Assembly: GCF_009914755.1 (NCBI RefSeq)
Contig: NC_060932.1
DNA from: the human T2T-CHM13v2.0 reference genome, Homo sapiens
DNA length: 64,000 nucleotides
Reading direction: 5' to 3' (one strand)
The notes beneath the pieces were generated by a model. It saw only the letters and a program-made list of their open reading frames with translations. It ran no database searches and was not told the origin of the DNA. Positions within the stretch are counted from its first letter, which is position 1. Each line of letters opens with the position of its first letter. Below, in pieces: positions 1 to 12,908 of the stretch. Both the position numbers and the translations under genes were made by a program.

Positions 1-187
1 CTCTGACAGTGAATTGGTATTATCTCTGCTATCAGATAATGCAGTTATCATTAATTTTCACATTTGCATTTCAATCTTTGGAAGGAAATGACTCTTGCCG
101 GATGAAGATAAGAGCTCTGTACCACTATAATGAACCATCATTTTATCTCAATGCTTTGTGTCCATATGAAAATGAGGCAGAGAGGAA

Positions 188-222
188 TGTGTGTGTATGT
201 GTGTGTGTGCTCACGTGTGTGT
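188..222. repeat. Imperfect (TG)n microsatellite
   Basis: tgtgtgtgtatgtgtgtgtgtgctcacgtgtgtgt read directly. Confidence 0.85.
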
Positions 223-837
223 ATTGGGGGGGTCAGGAAAATATTATAACAAAGTGTCAAAAACTGGTACAGACTTTTGAGCCCTTTATGAAACAAGAGG
301 GGGTAAAAAATAAATCTTCTGTAGTGTAGTTAAGTGGATATCGGATTAAAAGATGAAAGCCTGGCTCTTTGTAGAACAGAATGCCACATGAACACAGTAA
401 AAAAGTTCTCTTTTATTCCCTACTCCAGTTTGCACTCTCATATAGAATTAGGACAGACATAAACACAACCAAAAAGAAAAAAAAAAGTAGGTTGGATCAC
501 TGGAAAGACAGCTAATGTCTTTGATTCACAAACAACTTTATAAAGTATACCAATTTATTATTACTATTATGATGATTATACTTCTTCAGCTGTGTAAGAA
601 TGGGAACTAAGTATATTTAGATAGTGGCTTGTTTTAGAGTTTGCAAACATCTAATTTGTTTACATAAGTTAAATTGAGAAATTCAAGTTAAAGATAATGA
701 ATTTGAGATAAATTTTCCTTGGACCTTTTCATTGCAGTGACCTTTTCATGAGACACAGTACTGGAAAATGGATACAGTGTCAAATTTTATAATTATCTTA
801 TGGGCCCCCAAATATATGACAATTCACCAATTATTTA

Positions 838-1811
838 CAGTAGAAGCTCCCTCTCTAAAACTTACTGATGAAAGCTATTTTGGGTTGGGTTCTATACCGC
901 CAAATTTATATGTTCAAATTCTAACCTTCAGTACCTCAGAATGTGGTGTTCTTTGGAAATAGGGTTGTTGGAGATATAATTGGTTAAGATGAGGTCATGG
1001 TAAAGTAGGGTGGACCCTTAATCCAGTATAACTGCTCTTCTCTGGGAGACATGCAGGAGAATGCCTTGTGGAGATAAAGGCAGAGACCCCAGTGATACTT
1101 CTACATGCCAAGGAAAGCTAAAGATTGCCAGTAAACCACCAGAAGCTAGAGGAGAGAGACATGGAACCGATACTTCGTCATGGCCCTCGGAGGGAACCAT
1201 TGCCGTTGACACCTTGATCTTGGACTTTTAACCTCCAGAACTGTGAAACAATGAATTCCTGTTATTTCAGCCACTCAGCAAACTGACACAGCAGCCAGGA
1301 GTTAGAAGGAAACTATGTGGGCAGTCACTTATATGCTTCCCAGGCATACTTTTTACTATAATTTTTAATTTATTTTAAATATTGTCTAAACCTATGAAAT
1401 ATGTTCACAAAAATATATTATTTCTATGAAAACTGTGTTGAAACCTTCAAAAGACTGGATAAAGGAAAATCACTAAAAAATGTAGGTGTGGTCAGAAAAC
1501 TTTGAATAATTTGCGAGAAAAATCTTAAAAAATGTTAAAGAAACTTCACTTAAATAGCTTTGCAAAAGCTTTTACATCCTCCATTCTAATGAAACAAACT
1601 AGAAATCATACATAAAGGATGTGAATGCTGTTTATACAAGTGAAACACAAATTGGTTGGTCTATATAAAATTCTAGACCCTATATCAAAAGTTTGATGCT
1701 TTTATGCATTATGAAGTAAAATATAATGCTTATAACACTATTTTAAAAACATTTCTATGGTTTGAATAACCACTACCCACCCCAGTTGTGTCCACTAACA
1801 GGGTTTTACTG
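838..1811 (+). mobile_element. Tigger-family (TcMar) DNA transposon remnant, interrupted by an MLT1 LTR
   Basis: TIR-like ends ta|cagtagaagctcc (838) and gggttttactg (1801-1811). Degenerate pogo/Tigger transposase N-terminal peptides at ~1423-1640 (SMKT..FKRLDKGKSLKNVGV, KLEII). Confidence 0.65.
876..1290 (+). mobile_element. MLT1 (ERVL-MaLR) solo LTR, MLT1B/C-like
   Basis: Characteristic MLT1 segments cagtacctcagaatgtg, aagatgaggtcat, ccaccagaagctagg, gacaccttgatcttggactt, ctccagaactgtga; ends aactgacaca. Confidence 0.85.
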
Positions 1812-1943
1812 TGTTCTTTCTCGTTGAACCATAATTCAGCTTAGAATGCATCTCAACAGGGCACTTTAGAAAGACACTACGAGTCAGTAGGAATTGGTAT
1901 ATAAGAAATATCTTTGCCATTCTTTTTATAACCTCCATTATTA

Positions 1944-2290
<347 letters not shown>

Positions 2291-2959
2291 CAAAATTATG
2301 CATTAAATATTTATATTGGACCAGAGATTATTGGCATTGATTTCCTTGTACCAGTATTGTGCTCTGCAAATATATGTGAGAATAAATTGACTCTCGTATC
2401 TGGAAAGCTGAAAGAAAGAAGTAAACCTGTTTTGTTTTTATTTTGTCTGGTTTTAAAAATAACTTAAGTGGGCTTAAAATATAAGTAAAGATCAACACGA
2501 TATGCATTAGAAGTAGTTTAAAATCATGAAAAATAAAATAGATGCATAGAGATATAAACAATTTGATATTAATGTGCCACAAATTTGGAACTAAATTACT
2601 AGAAGGGTAATATTGACTGAGTACACAGATAAATTAGTTAGGGCAAGTTTATGTTTTCAACTACATATTTAGTATTAACTATATGCAACACTCAGTGGTA
2701 GGCCCTAGGATATACAGCAGTAAATAAACCAGAGTGGTCTCAACTTCAGAGAGTGTATGTTCTACCAGAAATTGAAAATTGTTTTAATAATGATTTTTGA
2801 GTTCTTATTGCATATGTGATATCTGTTCTCTAGAAGTAACTTAAATGATACCATAAAACTATATTATCAGTGGTGGGGCCAGCCCAGTCTGGTAGAAAGA
2901 GATTCAGTAATGACTTCTGTGAGGACCAATCATTTTTAACTTAATTTGTTTTTATTTTT

Positions 2960-3114
2960 ATTTTTTATACTTTAATATGCAAAGTTTTAAACATGCATCA
3001 AAGAAGAGGGAAGAGTACAATGAATTCCCATGTACCCATTGCCCAACTTCAAAAGTTATCAACTTTTAGCTAATCTGATTTCATCAATTCCTTCTAAATT
3101 TTTTTTTCTGGAGT

Positions 3115-3145
<31 letters not shown>

Positions 3146-4500
3146 TTTTTGAAATGGAGTCTTGCCCTGTCATCCAGGCTGAAGTGCAGTGGCCCCATCT
3201 CAGCTCACTGCAACCTCCGCCTCCTGGATTCAAGTGATTCTCTTGCGTCAGCCTCCCTAGTGCGCCACCACACCCAGGTAATTTTTTTTATTTTTAGTAG
3301 TGATGGGGTTTCACCATGTCAGCCAGGCTAGTCTCAAACTCCTGACCTCAAGTGATCCACCCGCCTCAGCCTCCCAAAGTGTCTAGAGTATTTTAAAGCG
3401 AGTTTCAGAAATCATGTCATTTCACTCACGGGTACTTTGATAGTCTCTCTAATAAATGAGGACTTTTGTTTTAAACAAATATCAATATAACACATAAAAA
3501 TATTCTTAATATTATCTAAAACTCAATTCATTTTCAAACTTCCCTACTTATCTCAAAAAATTTCTCTAGGGTTGGTTTATTGGAATCAGGATTCAATAAA
3601 GATCCATGTATTGGTTTATATGAAAAGTCTTTTCGAATGGAGAGCAGTCTCTCTCCCCCTACACTCACCCCCCACCCCCATACACACACTTATTTGTGGA
3701 AATGAATTAATTTCTCCTGGAGTATTTTTCATATTCTAAATTGGGTAGATTGCATCCTGGTGGTGTTGTGTAGCATGTTCTTCGATACCCCACATTTCTT
3801 GTAAATTGGTTGTTAATCTAGATCCTTGAATAAATTCAGATTCGATATGGTGGGCATCAGTACTGCCTACACATTGCTTGGTGCTTTTTACTGCTTTATA
3901 TCAGCAGGCACATAAAGACTGGGTGCCCCACTGGATGCTCCAATGCACTATCAGTACAAGTGTGTGATGTACTATGTGGTAGGAATGCTCACTTGTGCTA
4001 TCACTAACTTACACTTGCAGTGATAGTACCGTGTATCAGGTGATTTAGGTGTTTCAGCCTGATCCGATGTTTGTGAAGTTTCTGATCAACTTTTCCCTAA
4101 TAATTATTGCCAGGATCCCTTGTATCTGTAGGATTTGCAAAATGCTGGTTTTCACATTTTGTCATTTTTTATGTGAATGTATTAGCTAAAATTATTATCT
4201 TATGAAAGTCTTCCCTTCGTCCACTATTTGGTTAGCCTAAATACTGTTCATAAAGAAAGGGGAGGGTAAATGCATCGTTCTCATTATTTAAAACTTTTTG
4301 GAATAGTGAATTGGTGCCTTCACCCTCCAAAAGTGACTAAGACCTCAGGGTGGTTTCTGAGACATTTTGACGTGAACATAATAGACTTTGATAGCCTATT
4401 TACTCCTGGCATGATAAAATGTCAGAGGTTCATCTTGTTAGTTTTCTGTTCTAAACCTGGAGTGAGCTGTTTCTCCAAGGATCGTGGGTTACTATTCCTG
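2960..4500 (-). mobile_element. Old L1 (L1MC/L1ME-type) 3' region, interrupted by an Alu
   Basis: L1M 3'-end-like text (gaagagtacaatgaattcccatgtacccattgcccaacttc; cctggagtgagctgtttctccaagga), continuing either side of the Alu. Confidence 0.65.
3113..3380 (-). mobile_element. AluS-like SINE, slightly 5'-truncated with internal deletion
   Basis: Poly-T start, reverse Alu body ending cctcccaaagtg; tctggagt / tctagagt flanks. Confidence 0.92.
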
Positions 4501-4510
4501 GGATTTGGTA

Positions 4511-4723
4511 CAAGTTGAGCATCTCAAATCTGAAAATTCAAAATCCAAAATGCTGAGTGCTGACATGGTGTTCAAAAGAAATGCTCATTGAAGCATTTTG
4601 GAATTTTGATTTTCTGGTTTGGGATGCTCAACAAGTAATGCAAATATTCCAAAAATTTTTTAAAAATCTAAAATCCAAAATATTTCCAGTTCCAAGCATT
4701 TCAGATAAGAGATACTCAACTGG
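4511..4723. mobile_element. Tigger4/MER46-like non-autonomous DNA transposon
   Basis: TA-flanked TIRs caagttgagcatc ... gatactcaactgg, with internal aaatccaaaatgct repeats. Confidence 0.8.
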
Positions 4724-4769
4724 TATTTAAAGACCTCAATCTAGGTAAAAGGGTTGTAAAGTATTTATT

Positions 4770-5636
4770 TAAATTAAGATCTGAAAGAGAAAAAGGCATT
4801 ATTAGTTGGACAGAACGTGGGAGGGGGGTTTGAGCAAAAACTGGGATTCGAATAACCTGGGCAGAATATGCAGCTTTTTCAAAACCGTTGTCATGAGAAG
4901 GGAGGTGAATTCAAGGCCATTGTGACTGGAGCTAAGAAAACCAACCAAGAGAGTGGTATAAGATGAAGCAGGGTTCAGATTCTTCAGTGCCTTGTAGTCT
5001 GTAATACTATTATTGGATTTAAACTCAAAGCCAATCTGAAGACATATAATTCAGAGAAGTCACATGCTCATATTTGCATTAAGAATAAAAAAAGAAACGA
5101 CTCTGATGACTATGTAGAGAGTGGACAGAAGGAAATAAAAATTCACTGGCCTTATCAAGAGATCACAGTGGCTTGTAGAGAGCACTTTATATATTTGTTA
5201 GTGTCATTATATGTGGCTTTCTCTATGTAGAATATTTTGACACCATTTACTGAGGTAAGAAAGACTAAAGGAAAGGCATGTTTATGGAGTAAGATGATGA
5301 GTTGGATTTTTAATATGGCACGGTTTTTATTTATTTGAGATATCCAAATGGAGCTGTTGAGTAGAACATTGGTAATATAGCCAGGGGCTTGGAAGAAAGG
5401 TCTGGGGTAGAGATAGAAATTGGAGAGTTAGCAGTGTACTCATGGCAGTGGAATTCTTGGGAGAAGATGAAATTGCCTAGTATAGAAATATAAACCAGAG
5501 GGCTGCAAAACAAACCTCTATCCCCTAGAGATAGGAGACAGAAATTCCCTATCTTTAGGGGAAGGCTAGAGGAAGAAGAGTCATCGAAGAAGACTGATAA
5601 GCAGTGGCCAGAGAAGATGGGGAAAACCAGGAAAAT

Positions 5637-5672
<36 letters not shown>

Positions 5673-5840
5673 AGGAAGGGGCTATGCCTGGCTTAAATGG
5701 TGCTGAGATGCCAAGATGGAGATTTAAGAATTTCCTCAAATTTAATGACATTCAGATATTAGTGATTTTATCTAGAACTATTTCATGGAGCTCTGGTGGC
5801 AGAAACCAGACTGTGGTAGGTTCAAATGAGAGGGAAAAAC
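4770..5840 (-). mobile_element. L2 LINE fragment
   Basis: L2-typical purine-rich text (gagatatccaaatggagctgttgagtag; gaaaggtctggggtagagatagaaattggagag); contains a ~31-T run at 5638-5668. Confidence 0.7.
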
Positions 5841-6129
5841 AAGCACATGGAATTAGCTGTAGTAAACAACCATTGTTGATAAATAAACATATAAAATATT
5901 TATTGTCAAATAAATATGTAAAATAAATTTTCTTGGTAAATTAATATATAAAGTACTTCTTTAAAACTCTCTGGTAATTGATTAAAATTATTCATTATCA
6001 TTTACCTCTTATTTTTGCCTAAGAATTTTCCAGACTTCTGAATTTAGGGGTATGCTTCCAGAGAAATTTGTATTCCTGTATTAAACTACTCTGAATCTAC
6101 TATCCATTAGCTTTATTAAATTGTTTTAG

Positions 6130-6442
<313 letters not shown>

Positions 6443-6879
6443 GTGTTATTTCTTTTAAATTTCATCATTTCAACCTTTGTCTCTCAATAACTTTGGTTTA
6501 TCAAATAGCTTATGATTTTTGTGAGGTTTATCATTTGTAATGTGCTTGATATATTACATTTGCTAACAATAAATTATATAATATACATTTGTACTATGCA
6601 TTTGATATGTTAGAGGTATGCTTGCTTTTTCAGTAGCCAAACAGATAACAGCCAGTATGTTGTTATTGTATTTTTGTTGTTGTTTTAACCTCAGTAGCAC
6701 ATTTGGACCTTGGGTGTTATTATATCTTTGTCTTTATAATAAACTCATGCACTTGTTTCTAAGATTGATACTTGGAGCTTGCAACTTATTCACTCATAAA
6801 TGTAACTTACATATGCTTTCTAGATTTTGCACTTCTTCCCCTGCACCTTGGTAGACCTACATTGAATTAATTAATTTAA

Positions 6880-7090
6880 TTAGTTCAAACATTTATTGAA
6901 GAAGAACTATGCAGTAGGCTCCCAGGATCAAGCGATGACTTAGTCTACCTTCAAAAGCTCACAGTACAGAGGAGAAGATAGACAAATGATGAGATAATTA
7001 AAACACATGGCTGCAGGTACAGTGATAGAGGCATTCACAGTGTGCAGTGTGATGCTGGTGGTAAGACTTGATGCTGATGAGGTAACACAG
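6880..7090 (-). mobile_element. L2 3' fragment
   Basis: caaacatttattgaa...actatg...ctaccttcaaaagctcacagt, typical of an antisense L2 3' end. Confidence 0.6.
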
Positions 7091-8500
7091 GAAATAATGA
7101 TCTGGTCAAGCAATCCCAAGGGAGTGGTAAATTCACATTGGACCCACTTTAAGTTGTTACTCATAGATAGAAAATGGTTTTTGTTTGTTTGTTTGTTTTT
7201 TGCAAGTCTAATTCCATAGCATGTGTGGTAAACATGCCTTCATTTTGCCTGCAGAGAAGCCTTCACTTCCCAGCTATACCTGCTACCTGGAAGGCACTGT
7301 CCTCCCTGTCACTCTCATACCTGAGGAAAGGACAGACTCTCTGAAAGACGAGGGAAAATACAGTTTCCTGCAGGCAGAGAAGGGACTCCAGATTTAGACA
7401 CGAGGCTGCCTATTGAAGATGCTTTACATCTACCAACTATATAAAGGCAACAATAAAAGGGTTTGGTAAAAGATTAGCAAAGAAATCTAACCAGGGACCC
7501 TGGTGGCCTCACTGGTCTTGTGTGGTGTTTGGAAGTAAGGCTGACTTGGCTCTTGGCTGTTGGAAGTTTTTGGAGAGTTTGAAGGGAATAAGAAAGGAGC
7601 CTCAAGGGATGTCCTCTGAACTTCTTGCCTACAGCAGAGTCTTTTTGACAAAATTCCCATAGGCCGTATATTAGGTGTAGTTAAAAGAAGATTGCAAAGT
7701 GTTGCATGTTTTCAAATTTTTAAAAATTTAATACAAGGTCACATACAAGGAAGCAAAGAAAAGAGCATATTTCATCTTAAACATACCTTTATCTTTGGGT
7801 AAATACACAAAGAATCAAAGATTCCTTTTTGTTTTCATGGCAGAGAATCAGTTGAAATGAATGTTACACTCCGTGTAAAGATAGTTACAACCTTACCGAT
7901 GGAATGAAATTTAAAAAAAAAAAATTTGTTTTCCCCCCATTACCTTTTCCATATTAATCAATGAAGATTGTTACATTTTTGAACATTGTATTAATAATAT
8001 AAACTAAAATGAAAACAACAAATAGACAAATATATTCTATCAGGGATGGAGACATGTTGCCACTTACAGAATTAAGTAGGCTATATGCCAAATAATATAA
8101 AAATGATCGAGTATCTGAAATTGACAGTGCATATTTTCAGTATGTATTTTTAATAAGCAATGCATTATTTCATATGACATTACTTTTAGTTATATTTTCT
8201 CTATAAAACCAATTAAAAGAAAAGCAAGCCAAAAGAAAAGAAAAAAGAGAAGCATTTTCCATCTTCAGAGTCTTTGCTCTTTCAGTTCTATTTTTTTAAT
8301 TAGATGTTTTCCAGAACATTATCATATTCCTTAGTAGAGAATATTTTTTTTTTTACTCTGTAAGTTGAATAAGGGGGACATCTGGTTCCCTTGCCATTAA
8401 ACAATAATTATAGTAATATGATTAAAGCTACAGTTTCTTAATAGGGTGATAAAGGAAAAAAACTTTAAAGAAATTATTCTCACCAATTCTAATGCTATAA

Positions 8501-8752
<252 letters not shown>

Positions 8753-8972
8753 TAATTATGCAAATACAAGACAAATAGGAACCAGAACCTTCCAAACTGG
8801 GTGTGTGTGTGGTGGCAGGGGAGGGTGCTTTGTCACTTTGTGATAAATACTCCCTGTCTAGGAAATCTCTGAACCCTGGAAGGAGGTAAGAGACTGATTG
8901 GCATATGTACCCTAGGGGCTCTCTCTGTGGTGATCAACCAAACTCCACTACTTTCCCCCCAATTTGGGGTAT

Positions 8973-9354
8973 GTATTGGCCTGCTCAGGCTCCCATAATG
9001 TAATACCACAGACTGGGTGGATTAAACAACAATAATTTTTTTCCTCATGGTTTTGGAGGCTGGAAGTCCAAAATCAAGGTATCAGCAGGCGTGGTTTCTA
9101 GTGAGGCCTCTCTTCCTAGCTTCCAGATGGCTGTCTTCTTGCTGCATCCTCGCCTTACTTTTTCTGCATGTGTGAGGACTCCTGGTGTGTGTTCCTCTTC
9201 TTACATGGATAGCATTCCTACTGGCTTAGAGTCCTCTCCTTATGATCTCATTTAACCACAATTACCTCCTTAAAGGCTATACCTTCAAAGAGAGTCACAT
9301 TGGGTATTAGGGCCTCAATATATGAGTTTTGGGGGAACACAGTTCAGTCCATAG
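8973..9354 (-). mobile_element. MLT1A-like (ERVL-MaLR) solo LTR
   Basis: taccacagactgggtggattaaacaac, ggaggctggaagtccaaaatcaagg, tttgggggaacacagttcagtccata. Confidence 0.88.
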
Positions 9355-11249
9355 TGGAGTGGATACGGTGGCTGTAACCAAAGTCTGCTGTCAGGAAAAA
9401 GACAACAAGGGAAGATTTCTGGAAGGCAGATAAAGCCAGGACTCAACACTAGGGCCTTTGGGTTTAAGAGAGAGGGCTGCTTCCCTCACCCCTTGTTCCT
9501 AAATCTAGAACCCTCTGGTACCAGATAGCATTCCCTGGGGTCCTGCTCTGGGAAAGAATGACTAAGCTGAGATGTGAGTGTTGATTAAGTGAGTGGAACC
9601 CTGCAGCCTAAGGTTGTATAGGAGCAGAAGCTGTTTGGGTATCACTTCAGTGGAGAAGGCAAATCAATTTTCTTGTGCAGGAAAGGTTTTCAATAGTGAC
9701 ACCAAAACATAGCAAGCAAAGCTGGGACTCCAGTGGCCTAACGGATCTGCTGGCTCTTCCAAATCCTGGAGAATTTAGAGAGAATAAAGAAGGTCTCAAA
9801 AGGAAGAGGCTTTGCTTGAGGCAAAATTGGGGAAGTTTACCCGAAGCTGACAAATGAGGGAAGAACACATAGGAAACCCAGAGAAGGAGGCATCTCTTTT
9901 GCTCTGAAAGGCCAGTTAAGGCCACTTGCCTTAATAAACATGGAAACATCCAACAGGTGGAAAGTGAGAGGAGAGGAAAAGGCATTCCAGCATCGCAGGC
10001 ACGGGGAGCATGGCCCACCTGGCATCATATGGAGGGTGAAATGGGGTTAGGAGTGAGTTGAGGGCTTGCATTAGACACTCAGGCAATAGGCTTTTAAGAA
10101 ATTTGGGTAAAATGAAAGGTGTCCACATCATTAATAAGTATTTGTGTTCAGTATGAGAATGCGTTGAAAGTGAAGGAGGAAGTACTTTTACCTTGCTTTG
10201 TCTGAGCAGTATAAAGCAAATAAAAGCAAGAGTTTTCTTATGGTTATACATACAAAATGAACCACTTATTATCCTGAAAAGAAAAAAAAATGCTCCATGC
10301 ATTGTGAAAAAATACTTTAACTATTTTAACTTATTAAATGTAACAATTATTTTATATTCTATATTAAATTTTGAAATAAATATGAGATTTTAAAAAGCAC
10401 TCAACTACATATAATGCACTTTTTTGATATCTTTGACATATTGGTGTGGATAATAGAAAAAAATTTTGATTATCAAGAACAAGTAGACATTTTTTAAAAG
10501 CTTGAATTATTCATTTATAAAAAAATCATAATTACCATTATGTGGCAAAATTAATTTCTTATAAAATAGCTTTACGGCCTAGAAAATGGAAATAAATTAT
10601 TTTAGGAACTCATATAGCTTAAGGCTACTATTTCATGTCAATAATTCATGATTAATATATAGTGGAATATTTTAGCACATTTTAAAATTAAAAGAGATTG
10701 TTAGTCAATTCAGCTCTCTGGATTTGACTCATTCTTTACTCTTAAAGTAAGCATGGTAAAATAAAAAAACTTGAAATGCCAGATATTCAAATACAGTAAA
10801 ATGAAGATGGCATTATATTTAACCGTTATAAAAATGCATGAAATATTTCAACCATGATTTAAAATTACCTGAAATTAATAATTCTCCTGATTTCCTTTGG
10901 GCTTTTACTATTAAATCTGTAGGATTCAGGATATGTCATCCGGTTAGGCTCACTGATAGTCATTTTCAGAAATTCTAAATCATTCAAATAAAAGGGCCTA
11001 AAGGTAAACTTAATAAATCAGTGGTCCTAAAGCATTTATTTTTCAGAGTGTTATTCTTTTGAAATGATAAAACAACTATCTAGGATTAATGTTGAGGTTG
11101 TAAAATTCTACTTTTTGGAAATGCTTCCTCTTCTGTGATCTTTTTAGCATTCTCTTTTTCATTCCCATCTCTGGTATCTACTATGTATTAAGAGTTTACT
11201 GTGTGCCGGTTACTGTTATAGGCATGAGAGATATAAGAGCGAACAAATT

Positions 11250-11395
11250 CTCATTGATTTCCCCATAATAACTTTAGGGGTACTATTCTCATCTTGACCA
11301 ATCAGGAAACTGAGGTATAGGAATGTTAAGGAACTTGCCTAAAATCACACAGCAGATAATCCTGGAATCAAAATTAAGCAGCCTGGTCTCCGGAG
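11250..11395 (-). mobile_element. MIR SINE
   Basis: Core ggaaactgaggtatagg...aaggaacttgcctaaaatcacacagc. Confidence 0.7.
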
Positions 11396-11979
11396 ATTGT
11401 GTGTATGTCACCATTTCATTTATCTGTTTTTCATACAATGAGCTCTTCTTGATTGTCGCACTTATTATTTGCTACCATATTTTGAGATTCCCCTACCTAA
11501 TTGGAGTTCTTTCTTCTTCCCTAAAATATAAGCAAGGAACAATATGATTTATTTTTCTTTAAACCTGTTTATTAAGTTTAATTTATGTTTTAATAAAATT
11601 TTGAGAATTGTTTCCTTTCCAATGCACAACATTTTGGTTTCTGTGTTTAACTCATCATTTATGTGTCTTCATCCTGGAAAGCACATAGTAATCTTAGTAA
11701 CCTCCACCATTCATCAAGCACCCTGGCTCCAGTCACTGGTTCTCCAGGCTCCAGAGCACCTTGGCTCCAGTCCCAATATGCAATCCCTATTTTATAGCTA
11801 AGGATGTTAAGTCTTAGAACCCTTAAATGGTTTACCTGGTTTCATTGCTAACAGAGGAAAAATTCAGGCCTGACCTTACTGCTTCCCTCTGCAAAGCTTC
11901 CTGTGCGAAGAAGGCTGGACGAGGGAGAGACTAAGGTTACAAGTCAAATTCCAGGGAAGGAAGGTAAAGGTAATGGGAG

Positions 11980-12185
11980 ACAGAATCTCAGATGAAAATT
12001 GCCTTCAAATTCTGCTGCTCCATTCCCCTGCTCAGTAAATTTGCACAAATTACTTAATATTTCTGCCTGTCAACTTTCTATCTCTACAATGGGAGTGCTA
12101 TATATATGCTTCATAGGGCTTTATATTATATGAGTGAATTAATGAAAAGAGTGCCTGACACTAAGTGTTGTGTAAGCAATATAAC
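11980..12185 (+). mobile_element. MIR SINE
   Basis: ttcaaattctgct...caaattacttaat...tctacaatggga...agtgcctgacac. Confidence 0.6.
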
Positions 12186-12729
12186 CATGACATCATCATC
12201 AGCACCGTCATGATCCTTATTTTGTATACAGATTTTTTTGTCTAAAATTTTGCTTCAACCTTGTGTCTTCTTCCCCATTATATTTCTTTAATTTCTGAAT
12301 GGCCAAAGAAATAGCGAATCCGTTTGTATCTATGTTGTTCAAAAAATAAAAGTCGTTTATTCGATTCAACGTCCTTGATGAGAGTAAAATGATACTAGCT
12401 CAGTTCAAGTTGAAGTGCTAAAATATTTCAGATTGAAAAATATAATTTAGTCAGGTGCTCCTTATGCTCAGCTTCATTCTGCAGTGGATTTGAGATAAAT
12501 AATAAAAAAAATATAAAATGGTGGAATAAATTATTAAAGCAGATAAAAGAAAACATAGATAGGAAAATGGCAGAGACAAGAATAATATAATTGCATGGGT
12601 AACTAAACCATAGAGTCCAAGATAGTTGCTTAAAATGGACTGAAAATATAATTTTAAGCTTCCTTGCAGCCAGTGTTTGCAAGTCTGCCTTTATATTCAT
12701 TTTTTAATTGATCAACATTATAGGTAACT

Positions 12730-12908
12730 TTATATATGTATATAAACCATCTCTCTATATTTAAAACTATATATGTGTGTGTATATATATACACATATAT
12801 ACATATATAGAGTTTTTATAAGCTATATATGTGTGTGTATATATAGTTTATAAAAATACATTATATAGTTTTCTATAGTGTGTGTGTATGTGTGTGTGTA
12901 TATATATA
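12730..12908. repeat. Compound (TA)n/(TG)n low-complexity tract
   Basis: Recurrent ctatatatgtgtgtgtatatata units read directly. Confidence 0.85.

Noticed and set aside
6862-6888. AT-rich quasi-palindrome ttgaattaattaa-t-ttaattagttcaa
   Set aside because: Low-complexity sequence at a degenerate L2 tail, where symmetry arises easily
9647-10302. Two overlapping 123-aa minus-strand ORFs
   Set aside because: No recognisable domain or protein-like composition; length is compatible with chance
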